Shown here piece after piece: positions 25,775-38,646 of a stretch of DNA of 64,000 nt. The notes beneath the pieces were generated by a model. That model searched no databases and had not been told where the DNA came from. It worked only from the letters and a program-made list of their open reading frames with translations. Origin of the DNA: Antedon mediterranea (Eukaryota > Animalia > Echinodermata); contig NC_092674.1 in assembly GCF_964355755.1 (NCBI RefSeq), positions 15,066,001-15,130,000 of the forward strand, given 5' to 3'. The position numbers were made by a program, and so were the translations under genes. The stretch's first letter is position 1; each line of letters starts with the position of its first letter.

Positions 25775-27398
25775 TTAATTTTCAAAAATTAAGGAAGTGA
25801 TATGTTTCATCACTGTTCTCTGACTCGCTTCATCTCTGTTTCTTATTTCGGCTTCCAACCACTTACAAAAATTACTAATACGGTCCGGTTCTGGTTCTGG
25901 TTGTTTCACGAAATCAATGACAGCCTGTTCATATTCTGTCAGATTTCCAGTTTCATTCTGAATGAGACAATTCAACATTTTTGTTAAATGGGAGAATTTT
26001 TACAAGGTACAAATTAAATTTTTTTATACAGTATTTATGCATGACAGTTACAGTAAAAACCGACATAAATAAAACAAGGGGTTTTTTATCAATCATTTAA
26101 ATACCTTTAGAAGTGTTCTCTTCTTGGCCCAAGGTTTTCTCTCTAAGAATGATAATATAAATGGTATATTTTAATAGCCACATATATTTCAACATACTTA
26201 CTACAAACAATGCATTTTAATTTTTATATTTATACAGTAAAATGACTAAATGTGTATTAGGTTAGTATAAGGATATGATTAGTAAATGAAAGATGCATAA
26301 TGAAGCGACATAAGATCACAATATTTATTAAGAGTTTAAATAACATTACAACATGTAGGTACTGTATATTAAAGCAGGCTGACCTTTCTTAATATTACTT
26401 CTTTGGTCCACATTGTACTTAGGTTTTTTAGGAGTGGCTGCAGTGGGAGTAACGGTATCTTCAATTAGCACAACTTCACCTTGGATTAAATGATAAGTAC
26501 TACGGTAGTATTAATTAATTGTACAAATTGTTAAAACCAAATTACCTCAGAAAAGAATTTAAAGATATAAAACTGTCAATTACTGTGATTGTATTTGTTT
26601 ATAATTACATAAGTTAATACATTAATTTAAGATTTTAGATTTGAATTAATAATCTTTATTGTTTATTTTAATGGTAGACTTAGATACTGTACGATATTAA
26701 GTTGTTTTGTTCTAACCTTGAAATTCATCAACACTGTGCATAGTTGATACAGTATGATCAGCATCTTGTTGTTCAGGGTCAGTGTCATCAGCATCATCTT
26801 CATAACATCAACACTGTGCATAGTTGATACAGTATGATCAGCATCTTGTTCAGGGTCAGTGTCATCAGCATCATCCTCATAACATCAACACTGTGCATAG
26901 TTGATACAGTATGATCAGCATCTTGTTCAGGGTCAGTGTCATCAGCATCATCTTCATAACATCAACACTGTGCATAGTTGATACAGTATGATCAGCATCT
27001 TGTTCAGGGTCAGTGTCATCAGCATCATCTTCATAACATCAACACTGTGCATAGTTGATACAGTATGATCAGCATCTTGTTCAGGGTCAGTGTCATCAGC
27101 ATCATCTTCATAACATGAATTTATTAATTAAAATTATTTTAGCAATGTATATATTGAGGTTAAATACTGTAATAACTATTTTATGGTTTAATTGTTGCTG
27201 TTAATTAACTGTATTCATAATGCACTCACAACGATCCATATCAATTTCCTCTTCAGTTTCTGATACTGAAAAATCAAGTTAAATTTAAAGTGTACTATAG
27301 GATTTGGTAAATGGTCTTGTAGTTGTACAGGTAAATAGTAAAAAAACTTAATCGCTTACCATCTTCATTAATTATTGCATCTTCCTCATGTTGACTTT
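25775..27398 (-). pseudogene. 3' half of a spliced MADF/BESS-type gene (Harbinger accessory gene), six in-frame exons
   Basis: Exons 27360-27398, 27230-27265, 26717-26797, 26384-26479, 26105-26142, 25775-25957 all have AG/GT boundaries with compatible phases and join without stops, ending DRISNFCKWLEAEIRNRDEASQRTVMKHITSLIFEN* (BESS-like). N-terminal exons not found. Confidence 0.7.
26726..27116. repeat. Tandem repeat, 77-bp unit x5 (amplified exon plus acceptor)
   Basis: Units start at 26726, 26806, 26883, 26960, 27037; first has an extra TTG. Confidence 0.95.
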
Positions 27399-27431
27399 CT
27401 GTAGAAATATGTACCAATATTTTACTCTCAT

Positions 27432-27482
27432 TTAGGGGGTGCGACTTATACACAGGTGCGACTTATACACCAAAATATACGG
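27432..27482. mobile_element. Tc2/pogo-like TIR end (truncated)
   Basis: GGTGCGACTTATACAC x2 followed by AAAATATACGG|TA. Confidence 0.55.
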
Positions 27483-28127
27483 TAGGTACTAGCTAGTCTT
27501 AGGTCTACTCTACTACATTAGCTACTAGGCCTATCCTTCCTACTACTCTAGCCTTGCTTAGAGCAGGGCCTCTAGCTTGCTAAGCCTTCTACTCTACTAC
27601 ATTAGCTACTAGGCCTATCCTTCCTACTACTCTAGCCTAGCTTAGAGCAGGGCCTCTAGCTTGCTAAGCCTTCTACTCTACTACATTAGCTACTAGGCCT
27701 ATCCTTCCTACTACTCTAGCCTAGCTTAGAGCAGGGCCTCTAGCTTGCTAAGCCTTCTACTCTACTACATTAGCTACTAGGCCTATCCTTCCTACTACTC
27801 TAGCCTAGCTTAGAGCAGGGCCTCTAGCTTGCTAAGCCTTCTACTCTACTACATTAGCTACTAGGCCTATCCTTCCTACTACTCTAGCCTAGCTTAGAGC
27901 AGGGCCTCTAGCTTGCTAAGCCTTCTACTCTACTACATTAGCTACTAGGCCTATCCTTCCTACTACTCTAGCCTAGCTTAGAGCAGGGCCTCTAGCTTGC
28001 TAAGCCTTCTACTCTACTACATTAGCTACTAGGCCTATCCTTCCTACTACTCTAGCCTAGCTTAGAGCAGGGCCTCTAGCTTGCTAAGCCTTCTACTCTA
28101 CTACATTAGCTACTAGGCCTATCCTTC

Positions 28128-29207
28128 GGGTGTCACGAAACCTCAGACCACGAAAGCTCAGACCCCCTAAGACCTAAGATCACGAAAGCTAAGACCCAAC
28201 ACCTAAGATTACAAATATTTATCTTTCGCACCTGCCTTGTATTTTAACTCCTAACATTTATTCTGAATACCACACCTTAGAATTGGCACTTTCATGAAAA
28301 AGAATCACATAAAAAGTAACAAATACATTTTTAAATTGATGATTTTACAGACGTTTTTCTCGCACACAAAATGACTAGCCTACAGTACAGTAGGCCTACC
28401 CCATGGGCCATGTTCAATGTTTTTGTTTCTATGGAACGTCAAAAGAGCAAAAATTATATAGAGGGCTGAAAACTCTGTGGAGTCCATCTACAGTGTGGAT
28501 GGAACAATGTAAAATTAAAATTGTAATGATAATAGTATAATCATGCAAGTACGAAGAAATAAATACTGGCAAATAAATTTTAATTTAAAAATCATGATAA
28601 GTTTTTTTGTTTCGTTTTCTTTCTGTATTTATACTTGTACTATTATTGTTGCTCTTTTGGCGCTCCATAGAAACAAAAACATTGAGCATGGGGACCTCGA
28701 GGAGTTACATTACAGTATACAAAGAAACACATCTGTAAAATCATCAATTTAAAGGATTTATTTATTTGTTATTATGTGTTTCTCCTTCTGAAAGTACTTA
28801 TAAGTCCTAATTTTAAAGTGTGGTGTTCAGGATAAAGTTAGTCAACAAATTTGGAGTCAAAATACAAGAAAGGCAGGTGCGTAAGAAAAACATCCTCTGA
28901 ACCAACACAATGGAGTAAATATATACCAACAAACAACCCGTCAAGTTTGTTTGTTGTAAAGAAAAAATATACATTTACTCAACGGGCGAAAATAATGTGA
29001 GTTTATCTATGTTTTGCGGTAGTATTAAATTATATTTATGGTAATAAATGAAACCTACTGTGTTTAAAATTATGTATGGATAAACAAGTATTGTTTTTAA
29101 GCTGTAGTATATCTTAGTATTTGTAATCTTAGGTGTTGGGTCTTAGCTTTCGTGATCTTAGGTCTTAGGGGGTCTGAGCTTTCGTGGTCTGAGGTTTCGT
29201 GACACCC
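28128..29207. mobile_element. MULE-like MITE
   Basis: About 88-bp TIRs GGGTGTCACGAAACCTCAGACC...; TSD CCTATCCTTC (28118-28127 and 29208-29217). Confidence 0.9.
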
Positions 29208-29302
29208 CCTATCCTTCCTACTACTCTAGCCTTGCTTAGAGCAGGGCCTCTAGCTTGCTAAGCCTTCTACTCTACTACATTAGCTACTAGGCCTATCCTT
29301 CC

Positions 29303-31901
29303 GGGTGCTGGTCAACCCGTACCCAAACCAACCCGTACCCATGCCAACTCGTACCCAACTTGGCTAACCCGTACCCAAATAATTGGTCAACTCGTACCCA
29401 CTTTGGCTAACCCGTACCCAAACCAACCCGTACCCATGCCAACTCGTACCTAAATATTTGGCTTACTCGTACCCAAGTATTTGGCTTACTCGTACCCATT
29501 TTTTGGCTTACCCGTACCCATTTTTGGCTTACTCGTACCCATTATTTGGCCTACTCGTACCCAATTTGAATAATTACTTGTAATGATTTGATCGGCGTAA
29601 AACTAGTGGTATGCTTTTGCCGTATGAATATTTTTATATTTAAATTGTTTTTTTATTTTACATACAGGTCTCGGTGAAATGTGTGCTAATAAAAATGACC
29701 ATTGATTTGATTGTAGACTTCGTTTAATTAGGCATATATTTGTTAACATTTATTTAAATCTAGTATTATAGTTTTATAAACGTATGTTTATTTTATTTTA
29801 TTTATTTTATTTTCAATCTTTCTACATAGCAAAAAAACAAACATATAAGTATAACAGGAGAGTAGCGGAAAAGCAAAAGTGTAAAACTGTCATCTTGTGA
29901 TGTGCTTGACCAGCCCCTGTCAACTTGAACGATACAATAAAACCGACATTTAACAAATTTAGAAAAATACATAGAAAAATAAGGTATAATAAAATGTTAA
30001 CAAAAGTGTTATAAAAATGCAATTGCTATCTGAACAATCTGATTGTGTAAAAGTTAAAAATTCTGATTGTATAAAAGTTAAAAATTCTGATTGAATAAAA
30101 GTTAAAAATTATGAATGTATAAAAGTTAAAAATTCTGATTGTATAAAAGTTAAATTCTGATTGTATAAAAGTTAAAAATTCTGATTGTATAAAAGTTAAA
30201 AATTCTGATTGTGTGTCTTTTTTATTTACGTAAGAGAACATTAATTAATAAAAAAATATTTTAACAACACCCTGTTTTAAGCGAAAAGCCTGCCGGGCTA
30301 TGGGGTCGAATTACTCGTAGATTTCGTGTTACGTGTTTTTTCTGACCGGGATTAACCTTTTATTATAAAAAACACGCATTTATAGGGCCGGCGTCAAAGA
30401 GACGACTTAGTAATGACGTATGATCATTTTCCATATATTTTATTTATTAATAATTCAGTGAAATGATCATATACACGTACTGTCGTACTGTAGCCTAAGG
30501 CAATTAAACATTTTGGCAGATTTTCTTCTATAACAGCTACGTGTTTTTGCTGAATGGGGATTCCTCTTTATTATTAAAAAAAAAAACGCATTTGTACGGG
30601 TCCATTTGTAGTGTGTCCAAAAGGTTCAATGTGGCGTATGATCGTTTTCTATTTATTTTTTTTCTTAAATAATTCAGTAAAATTATCTGTTTGTTTACGG
30701 TAATTAAACATTTTTGGTAGATATTTCCTCAATAACTTACAGCTACGTGTTTTTGCTGACGAGGGATTCCCTTTTTTAAAAAAAAATACGCATTCTATAA
30801 TGTGTCAAATAAGACAAATGAAATGAACTACGATCGTTTTTCCATGGCAACGGATGTCGTCTTATTTACTAAAATAATATAAACGTTCTGAAGGCCTACC
30901 TACACGTGTCTGAGTTCTTACGTATCTGTCAGCGATAAGATGATTTTTTTAAGTTTTAGTAGTATTTATTTCGGTTTTTAGTCATAATAATACAGTAATA
31001 ATCATTATAAAATGAAAAGGTAATAACAGCAAATGTCGTCGTTTGTAATTAAATGTTAAATTATTGGAGGTTAGTACAGTAGTTACCTTTTATTATTACT
31101 CTCACATCCGTCATTGTATACTAGATAAACGGCATAATCTAATCTACTACTAAATGCTCATAGCAGCAATGAGGCTGGTATCCACTTAAATAGTTTCGTG
31201 ATTTTAAAATACGAGTGACTATTTAAAAATGTATTAAATATTTTCGAAATGTTAAAACAGTTTAATATTTTCCAAAACTTGCAAAACAAAACAACAAAAA
31301 CCATTCGTTTTAAAACGATTTTCAAAAAGCACATTACTTCATTATCTGTAAAATAAAATGAAAATACAAATTATGTATAAAAGATATTTATGTTTACTTT
31401 TAATAATTCAAGTTTTCATCATCACAGACTAGTGGGTATTTCAATTTCCGTGTACTACTATTCGTAGAAAATAATAGATTAATAACTCATAAATGAAAAA
31501 AAAATAGAATGCAGCACAGCCGACCACTGACATCTTCCACAGAGCCATATAAAACAGCGCCCTCAAGTATTAACTTTACCAAATACGACGTACGCAAATA
31601 CGATGAAAGCTGTGCTTTTTACGTACGAGTCTGTACATATTATTATACATTTTAGGTCAATAGTTTTTGCCATTATAATATCGAACATATGATTGGTATC
31701 TAAAAATTTAATAAAACTGGGTTTAAATGTAATATAAATATACTTTAAATAGCATTAAACTTGGGTACGGGCCAGCCAATGATGGGTACGGGTCAGCCAA
31801 TGATGGGTACGGGTCAGCCAAAATTTTGGGTACGAGTAAGCCAAAATTTGGGTACGAGTTGGTGGGTACGAGTTGGCATGGGTACGGGTTGACCTGTATT
31901 C
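29303..31901. mobile_element. MULE-like non-autonomous element with subterminal repeat arrays
   Basis: Imperfect TIR (GGTCAACCCGTACCC core), CYCGTACCCA arrays at both ends in inverted orientation, 9-bp TSD TATCCTTCC (29294-29302, 31902-31910); internal 24-bp tandem repeat 30037-30210 and three diverged ~200-bp repeats from 30331. Confidence 0.9.
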
Positions 31902-32169
31902 TATCCTTCCTACTACTCTAGCCTAGCTTAGAGCAGGGCCTCTAGCTTGCTAAGCCTTCTACTCTACTACATTAGCTACTAGGCCTATCCTTCCTACTAC
32001 TCTAGCCTTGCTTAGAGCAGGGCCTCTAGCTTGCTAAGCCTTCTTGCCTATATTATATACTATAAATAATAGATAGTAGTGCCTGGCCAAGCCAACATAG
32101 GCCTGGTTAGCTTACATTGCACAGACCTACAAAACGTTAACAAACTGGAAACAAATTAAAATGTTTTGA

Positions 32170-32540
32170 CTTACATGTTGTCAATTTAAATTATCGCGCG
32201 ACGAAAAAAATGTACGTATAGATCCTCTGTTTATCAACAAAGATTATGTAATTTGTTAACCACTTGATTGGTCAGTTTCAACGATCGAATGACGTAATTT
32301 GCGAACCATTTGATTGGTCAGTTTTAACGATCGTGTCGTTGAAGTTGTACCGAGTTCAACTTCAACGATCGTAATCGTTAATTTGTTTCAACGATTTTCA
32401 GCGTCGAAAATTACCCTTTTTCCTGTAAATTGTTGAAATTTCAAGGAAATGTACAATGACGACGTAAAGACAGTTCTTTTCCAGTAAAATCTCGATTCAA
32501 CGCAACTCAACGTATTTCAACGTCGACAGGAAAACAGGCT
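32170..32540 (-). mobile_element. Harbinger-type terminus and subterminal region
   Basis: CGTCGACAGGAAAACAGGCT|TTA; related to the terminus AGCCTGGTTTCCAGTCGACG at 60328; probably the end of the element that carried the 25775-27398 gene. Confidence 0.55.
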
Positions 32541-33128
32541 TTAGGGCCTTTGCTCTTCTTGTGTTAAATGAACGACATGCCTTCATCAGTTGACTGCAAG
32601 TTGTTGCAGTATGCTGCTGATAGTGCTTTGCTAGTGTCACATAGGGACATGGATGTGGTCAAAGCAGAATTAAAAAAGAACAATGAAAATTGCCAAAGAT
32701 GGCTTATAAACAATAAATTGTCCCTTCATATGGACAAAACGGAATTTATTATCTTTTGCTCAAACTCTAAAACGAAGTATACTAAGAATGCATCTATCAA
32801 AATTTGTAATTCAACTATCAAAGCAAAACAATCTGTAGTTTACTTGGACCAAAATCTGTCGGGGGAGGTAATATGTTCGCATATCCTCAAAAAGGTCAAC
32901 TCGAGACTCAAATTTCTATATAGATCTGCTAGCCGCCTTGATCTTAAAACAAAGAGATTGGCATCTGCTTTGGCGGCTCTATGTCTTATAGACTATTGCT
33001 GTTGCTCTTGGTACTGTGGTATTTTTAAATTGTATGTCTCCAAACTCCAACATGTCCAAAATAAGGTCATTAGATTTGTCCTAGGAAAGGGACCACGATA
33101 TCACCTTTCTGCTTCCGACTATTTTTAA
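32541..33128 (+). mobile_element. L2/CR1-clade LINE RT fragment
   Basis: LGPLLFLC*MNDMP...LLQYAADSAL...WLINNKLSLHMDKTEFI...DYCCCSWY...KLQHVQNKVIRFVL. Confidence 0.85.
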
Positions 33129-33669
33129 TTTAATGCACAAACTCTCCCCTTTGTTCTGAATTTGTTGTTTTTTAAGTCGGCGACTTTTGATGTATATTTT
33201 TCTACAATTGCTATTTTTATATGAGCAAGAATTAAAAACAAACAAACAAACAATGGTAAATAATTACTCTAGGTTGTTTTCTATTCTGATGATGAGAATA
33301 GTCCAGACATTTTAAGGCAGTTTGCATGTTTATCAAATGCCTCACAATAGTTATTTTAACTCATAATTTTATTTTGTTAGCAATGATTGTGAGCAAGTAC
33401 ATGTTGTAAATGTTGTTCAAATTGAACAAAAAAGTACAAACTTTTTTGAAATCCTTTATATTTTAATACTATTAGATGTGAGCAAACGCAAGTACATATA
33501 CATTTATCAAACCATTTTGTTAAACACCAATCTTTTCGGTAAGGTTTGACACTTAAAGTACACCTAACAAACTGATTAGTAATGTAAAGTATCATTAGTA
33601 CATATTTTACTATGATGCAATATTTTAATAGTTATTTATACCTATTTATACCTTTTTCAAAGCTATTTC

Positions 33670-35811
33670 CAGGGCTGCAAATTAACTTTTTTACTTGGTA
33701 GCACTATCAAATTTGTATGATGGCTCATAATAATTTTTGGTAGCACCACCAATTTTTTTAGTAGCACCTTTTCATCGACCAACTAACCCCTTTCCCTCAA
33801 ACCCCATTCCGCACAGATCCGTTTTTAGTAGTTGGGGGGGGGGGGGGGGGGGGGAAGTGTATAAAAATGAGAGCCCCCCCCCCCCCCCCAGCGCGGGGGG
33901 GGGGGATTTTTAAGTAATTATAGGTTGTTTCAATCGATTTCTGAGCTCATAAATTGGGTTATGCACATTTTAGGCACTGGTTCTGATGCGCCACTTATAT
34001 TCACGCAAGATCTATTCTTTTTACGGTACAGAAAGAAATTACTGGTTTGTATGTAACCTTTCGTAGCCTACGCGTAAATAGATCGTAGGTCATTGTTCTC
34101 TAAACGTATCCTGCAATTTACAAAGTACTGTTCGTTGCCTACGATGTATTGTTGTTTATGATAATATCTATGCGTCGATACACCAATGTCATCGCCTTTA
34201 ATAGGAGCATGAACAATGGAAACAAACATGTATTGTTGGCTAATTAAAATCCTAGAAGACGTTAATTTTTGTAGCCGCCCTACACATCGGTTGTCCTAAT
34301 TTGGCAGGACATCCGCCGACGAGACGACATCGGACCCGAGGCCCTCAACTCACGCAGAGAGAGTTTCGGCGGCCTACATGATTCAATCCGGCCATTCAAC
34401 CCTACCTTGGTTTTTAACGAATTATAAAAACAACAACACCTTGGCTAGGACACCAACAAAATATATGCAAAATAAATATATATTCCATGTTAAGATTTAA
34501 CATAGGCCTTTGTAAATTATTATATTACGATAAAAGGCCCGACCAGAATTTGGAGGGGAAAAACGTGCGAATCGTGGGAACAGTTTAGAGCTGTATTACG
34601 TTTCATGTGACGCAAAATTCAGGTACAAGTACTGTACTCTGTTTTGTAGCCACGCGAGAGGTTTGCGGTGGTAAAACACAGAGTATCGCATTTCATGACA
34701 TGTGACCAAAAAACTAGGTCTGTATTAATTACGGTCTTCTATCGGCAGTCTTTTTGAGCGACCGATTGAACGTTCTGATCAGGGAGTCTTATTTTACAAC
34801 TCCCTGTTCTGATACTATATTTAGAATGAATTTTTTACGATATTTTTGTTTGCATATGTTTTTGGATCGACTGGACGTTCGCTATAAGTATTTTTATTAC
34901 TTGGCATAGTTCATTGTGTTAGATCGTGTCTCTACGTTTACATTGTGGGAAATTTATATTCGCCGCTGAGAGTAAAAAAACACACGAATGAAACATCTAC
35001 GAATAAAAAATATTATATTATATATTTCTTAGTAATGTACAAATTGGTCCTCCTCCGCCAGTCAAAATTAACACATCAAATAATAATTTTCACACCTTGT
35101 TACTTACTAAGAACATCGTGAGGTTGTTTATTGAGGTTACTAACGAAGCCAACAACGTAGCCTGTTTTATCTACGAAGCTACTTCGTAGGAAAGTTGCGG
35201 TATTTTCTCTGATATATAATTTTCGATAATCAGAATCTGGAATAAAGTATTAAATCTACCGATAAATAATACTGCTGTTTAATCTATATAATGAATAGAT
35301 ATTATTATATATATTATACTGCCTAAAAATGCTGATGGCTGCGCGGCGACAATCCTTTGTATCTGCCGCGCCCGCCCTGGCTAACTTCTGTGTACGGCGG
35401 TACAATTGTTTTTTTATATTCCTTCTTTAAAACGGAGGTGATTTTCCACGAGGTTTGTGTCGTCCGCGCGTCACACGGTGCTGTGTGTTTGGTGTCCTTT
35501 TGTGTGATGCAATAAATGGACGAACTTCCAATCACAACGAGTGTAAAATGTTTAGGGGCTTTGTACGCTTGAATGAACCTAACTCCTTTGCGGCGGCGGT
35601 GACTAGTGGAAACTCCTGAGCCTTCCGTAGTAGAGAGATTAAATTACAACACAGGTGTGCTTTCCCTATTTCAAACACTAACTTCAATTTGAAACAACTC
35701 GCACAAGCAGACGATCTTGTCGCGCTATGCGCGACCTATTCTGTTTCTTTAGTCGCAAACAGAAAAATTAGGTCGCAAATGCGACCAAATACCCCTTAAT
35801 TTGCAGCCCTG
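33670..35811. mobile_element. hAT-like element with 5-bp TSD
   Basis: 16-bp TIR CAGGGCTGCAAATTAA; TSD ATTTC (33665-33669, 35812-35816); an uninterrupted paralog of the host repeat lies at 49703-50074. Confidence 0.9.
34780..34806. mobile_element. 27-bp micro TIR element/footprint
   Basis: CAGGGAGT...ACTCCCTG flanked by TTCTGAT on both sides. Confidence 0.65.
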
Positions 35812-36339
35812 ATTTCACTTGGCTCCGGTTGCGGCTATGGCACTTGATTGGCTGGGTTCCGGGCTTGCGGCTATGCCACTTGGTTGGCTGGCTCCCGGGC
35901 TTCCAAGTTCTGTTGCCTGTAATAAAGCCAGCCCATAACAAAAAGTCTTAGTAGATATGGCTCTATAGCCGTTAGCCTTATAGTCTATCCGGCTTAGTAG
36001 ATATAGAGCTGTCGCCTATTTATCACCTAATAGTAGATACATATTTGATGGATTTTTTATAGTTGTTAAAAGATTTTTGCCTCATTAGCATATTTCGCGA
36101 TGATATTATTATTATTATTAGTATTTATTGCCAAAAACCAGTTACAAACAAACAAAACACAGAAACTAAGGGAGTAGGCAGGAACCTAAAAGTGAACCTA
36201 ATCACTATAACAAGAGTTCAGGTTCCGTACTCCCAAAGTAACAACAATGATATAAAATAAACTATATAAAAATATTTAACACCTACTAAATACAACTATT
36301 ATTAGGCTATCAATAATCTATCTAGAACGGACTCTTAAT

Positions 36340-37660
36340 TGGCTATTATTTGGCTTTTAAAAATCTACATTAATTTGCTATTTATGGGCTATTAAAAATC
36401 TACTAATTAAACCGCTAATAAAAATATACATAAAATGGCTATTATTTATTTATTAATGCGGTAGGAGACTGCATACAAATAAAATCACAGACGGGTTCTT
36501 TGCTTCATTCGATATAATTTGTTATCTGGAACATCAAGTCACATTCATACATACATGTTTAATAATATTATCATTACATCGTATCTGGAACATTGATTCA
36601 CATTCATATATAATACGCGTGTTCAATATAAGTACAACTCTATCTGGAACATCGATTCACATTCATATATACAGATGTTCAATAAGTACAACTATATCTG
36701 GAACATCGATTCACATTCATATATACAGATGTTCAATATAATTACAACAGTATCTGGATCGATTGACATTCATATACAGATGTTTACCAATCAGCATATA
36801 CGAAGAATTAAGCACAACATAAACAATGTACATGAATACATTTCAGTCAAACCCAAACCAAACCCCTTGAGTCATCTGTCAAATAAATGGAAGTTCACCG
36901 GCTCCGAGCAAACCAATCTCAAATTCTTCATATCATATCTATCCATAAACCTATCATTATTTACCTTATACAGTAGTAAAATAACACTATCAATTACAAG
37001 AACGGGAACGTCCCATTCCGCCGCCATGTTCTGTAACTAGCATACCTACGGTATGCACACACGTGTGAATGACCATACATCATAATACCCTTCTCTTACT
37101 CTAGCTTCTATCGCCGGTGAACTACGCTGAAACCTTGTATAGTACAGTACCAAAAATACATCCGCGGCATAATATAGTTCAGTAAATACCGCCCTCCCAC
37201 ATAAAAAATCTACATTATTTGGCTATTAATATGCTATTAAAAATCTACTAAATAATTGGCTATTATTCAGCTACTAAAAATCTACATTATTTGCCTATTA
37301 TTGGGCTATTAAAAATCTACATAAAATGGCTATTATTTGTCTACTGAAAATCTACATTATTTGGCTATTATGGGCTATTAAAAATCTACTTAAAAATGGC
37401 TATTATTTGTCTACTGAAAATCTACATTATTTGGCTATTATTGGCCTATTCAAATTCTACTTAAAAAAGGCTATTATTTGTCTACTGAAAATCTACTTAA
37501 AAACGGCTATTATTTGTCTACTAAAAATCTACATAAAATGGCTATTATTGAGCTATTAAAAATCTACATCATTTGACTATTATTGGCCTATTACAAATCT
37601 ACATAAAATAGCTATTAACTACTATTAAAAATTAGATACACAAAATCTACAGAAATTAAA
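36340..37660. repeat. Degenerate ~33-35-bp satellite (GGCTATTAT..CTAYTRAAAATCTAC) split by an insertion
   Basis: Blocks at 36340-36456 and 37202-37660. Confidence 0.8.
36457..37201 (-). mobile_element. Probable solo LTR
   Basis: 745-bp TG..CA segment with short imperfect terminal inverted repeats interrupting the satellite; TSD imperfect; orientation tentative. Confidence 0.55.
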
Positions 37661-38192
37661 AATCTAATCTTTTCTGGCTATAATACAGATACAGAACAAC
37701 AATTCATCTTATTGGCAAATAACAAATGTATAGTGATTTAAAAAATAACAAATTAAGTTTTCCCCCGTATTTGTAAATCTTAATATCTTTTCCATACACA
37801 TGTGAGTCCGAAAACTTTAAGCACATAATTAAACTCAGATGTAAAAGGAAGAATACCGAACAACAACAGTCATCACTTTTGTAACAATTTAGACTTATTA
37901 AATGAAAGACATAGTAACCAAATATACATTTTATAAATTTATTAAACTATTTCAACTTTTAAAGAACAATTGAACACTATAAAATATTGCGTTCTGATGT
38001 CACAATACCATGTGACGTCTCTCGTTACATTTTTCCGCAGACTGGAAAATGTAATTGAACGCTTGGGCCGTTGCTAAGAAACTAAGAGATGTCACTTTAG
38101 GTATTGTCAGAATGTGATACTCTATTGCCATGAAAATGAATTACGCAATTGAACACTAAATATAAGAATTGTGTGACAACACTCAGAGGTGA

Positions 38193-38646
38193 GTTGCAGC
38201 AAACAAGCATGTAGCGCATAAAGAAAGGAGCACTCGCTTGTTGTTGCAGCAAACAAGCATGTAGCGCATAAAGAAAGGAGCACTCGCTTGTTGTTGCAGC
38301 AAACAAGCATGTAGCGCATAAAGAAAGGAGCACTCGCTTGTTGTTGCAGCAAACAAGCATGTAGCGCATAAAGAAAGGAGCACTCGCTTGTTGTTGCAGC
38401 AAACAAGCATGTAGCGCATAAAGAAAGGAGCACTCGCTTGTTGTTGCAGCAAACAAGCATGTAGCGCATAAAGAAAGGAGCACTCGCTTGTTGTTGCAGC
38501 AAACAAGCATGTAGCGCATAAAGAAAGGAGCACTCGCTTGTTGTTGCAGCAAACAAGCATGTAGCGCATAAAGAAAGGAGCACTCGCTTGTTGTTGCAGC
38601 AAACAAGCATGTAGCGCATAAAAAAAGGAGCACTCGCTTGTTGTTG
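38193..38646. repeat. Tandem repeat, 50-bp unit x9
   Basis: GTTGCAGCAAACAAGCATGTAGCGCATAAAGAAAGGAGCACTCGCTTGTT, almost perfect, no spacers; flanked by related direct repeats 37969-38150 and 38750-38984. Confidence 0.95.

Larger units (their letters stand above)
27505..32044. repeat. 84-bp satellite (blocks 27505-28127, 29208-29302, 31902-32044) interrupted by two insertions
   Basis: Unit CTACTCTACTACATTAGCTACTAGGCCTATCCTTCCTACTACTCTAGCCTAGCTTAGAGCAGGGCCTCTAGCTTGCTAAGCCTT, about 10 near-identical copies in total. Confidence 0.95.

Noticed and set aside
38193-38646. CRISPR array and three overlapping repetitive ORFs
   Set aside because: Head-to-tail identical units without spacers, no cas genes, eukaryotic context; ORFs arise because the minus strand of the unit lacks stops.
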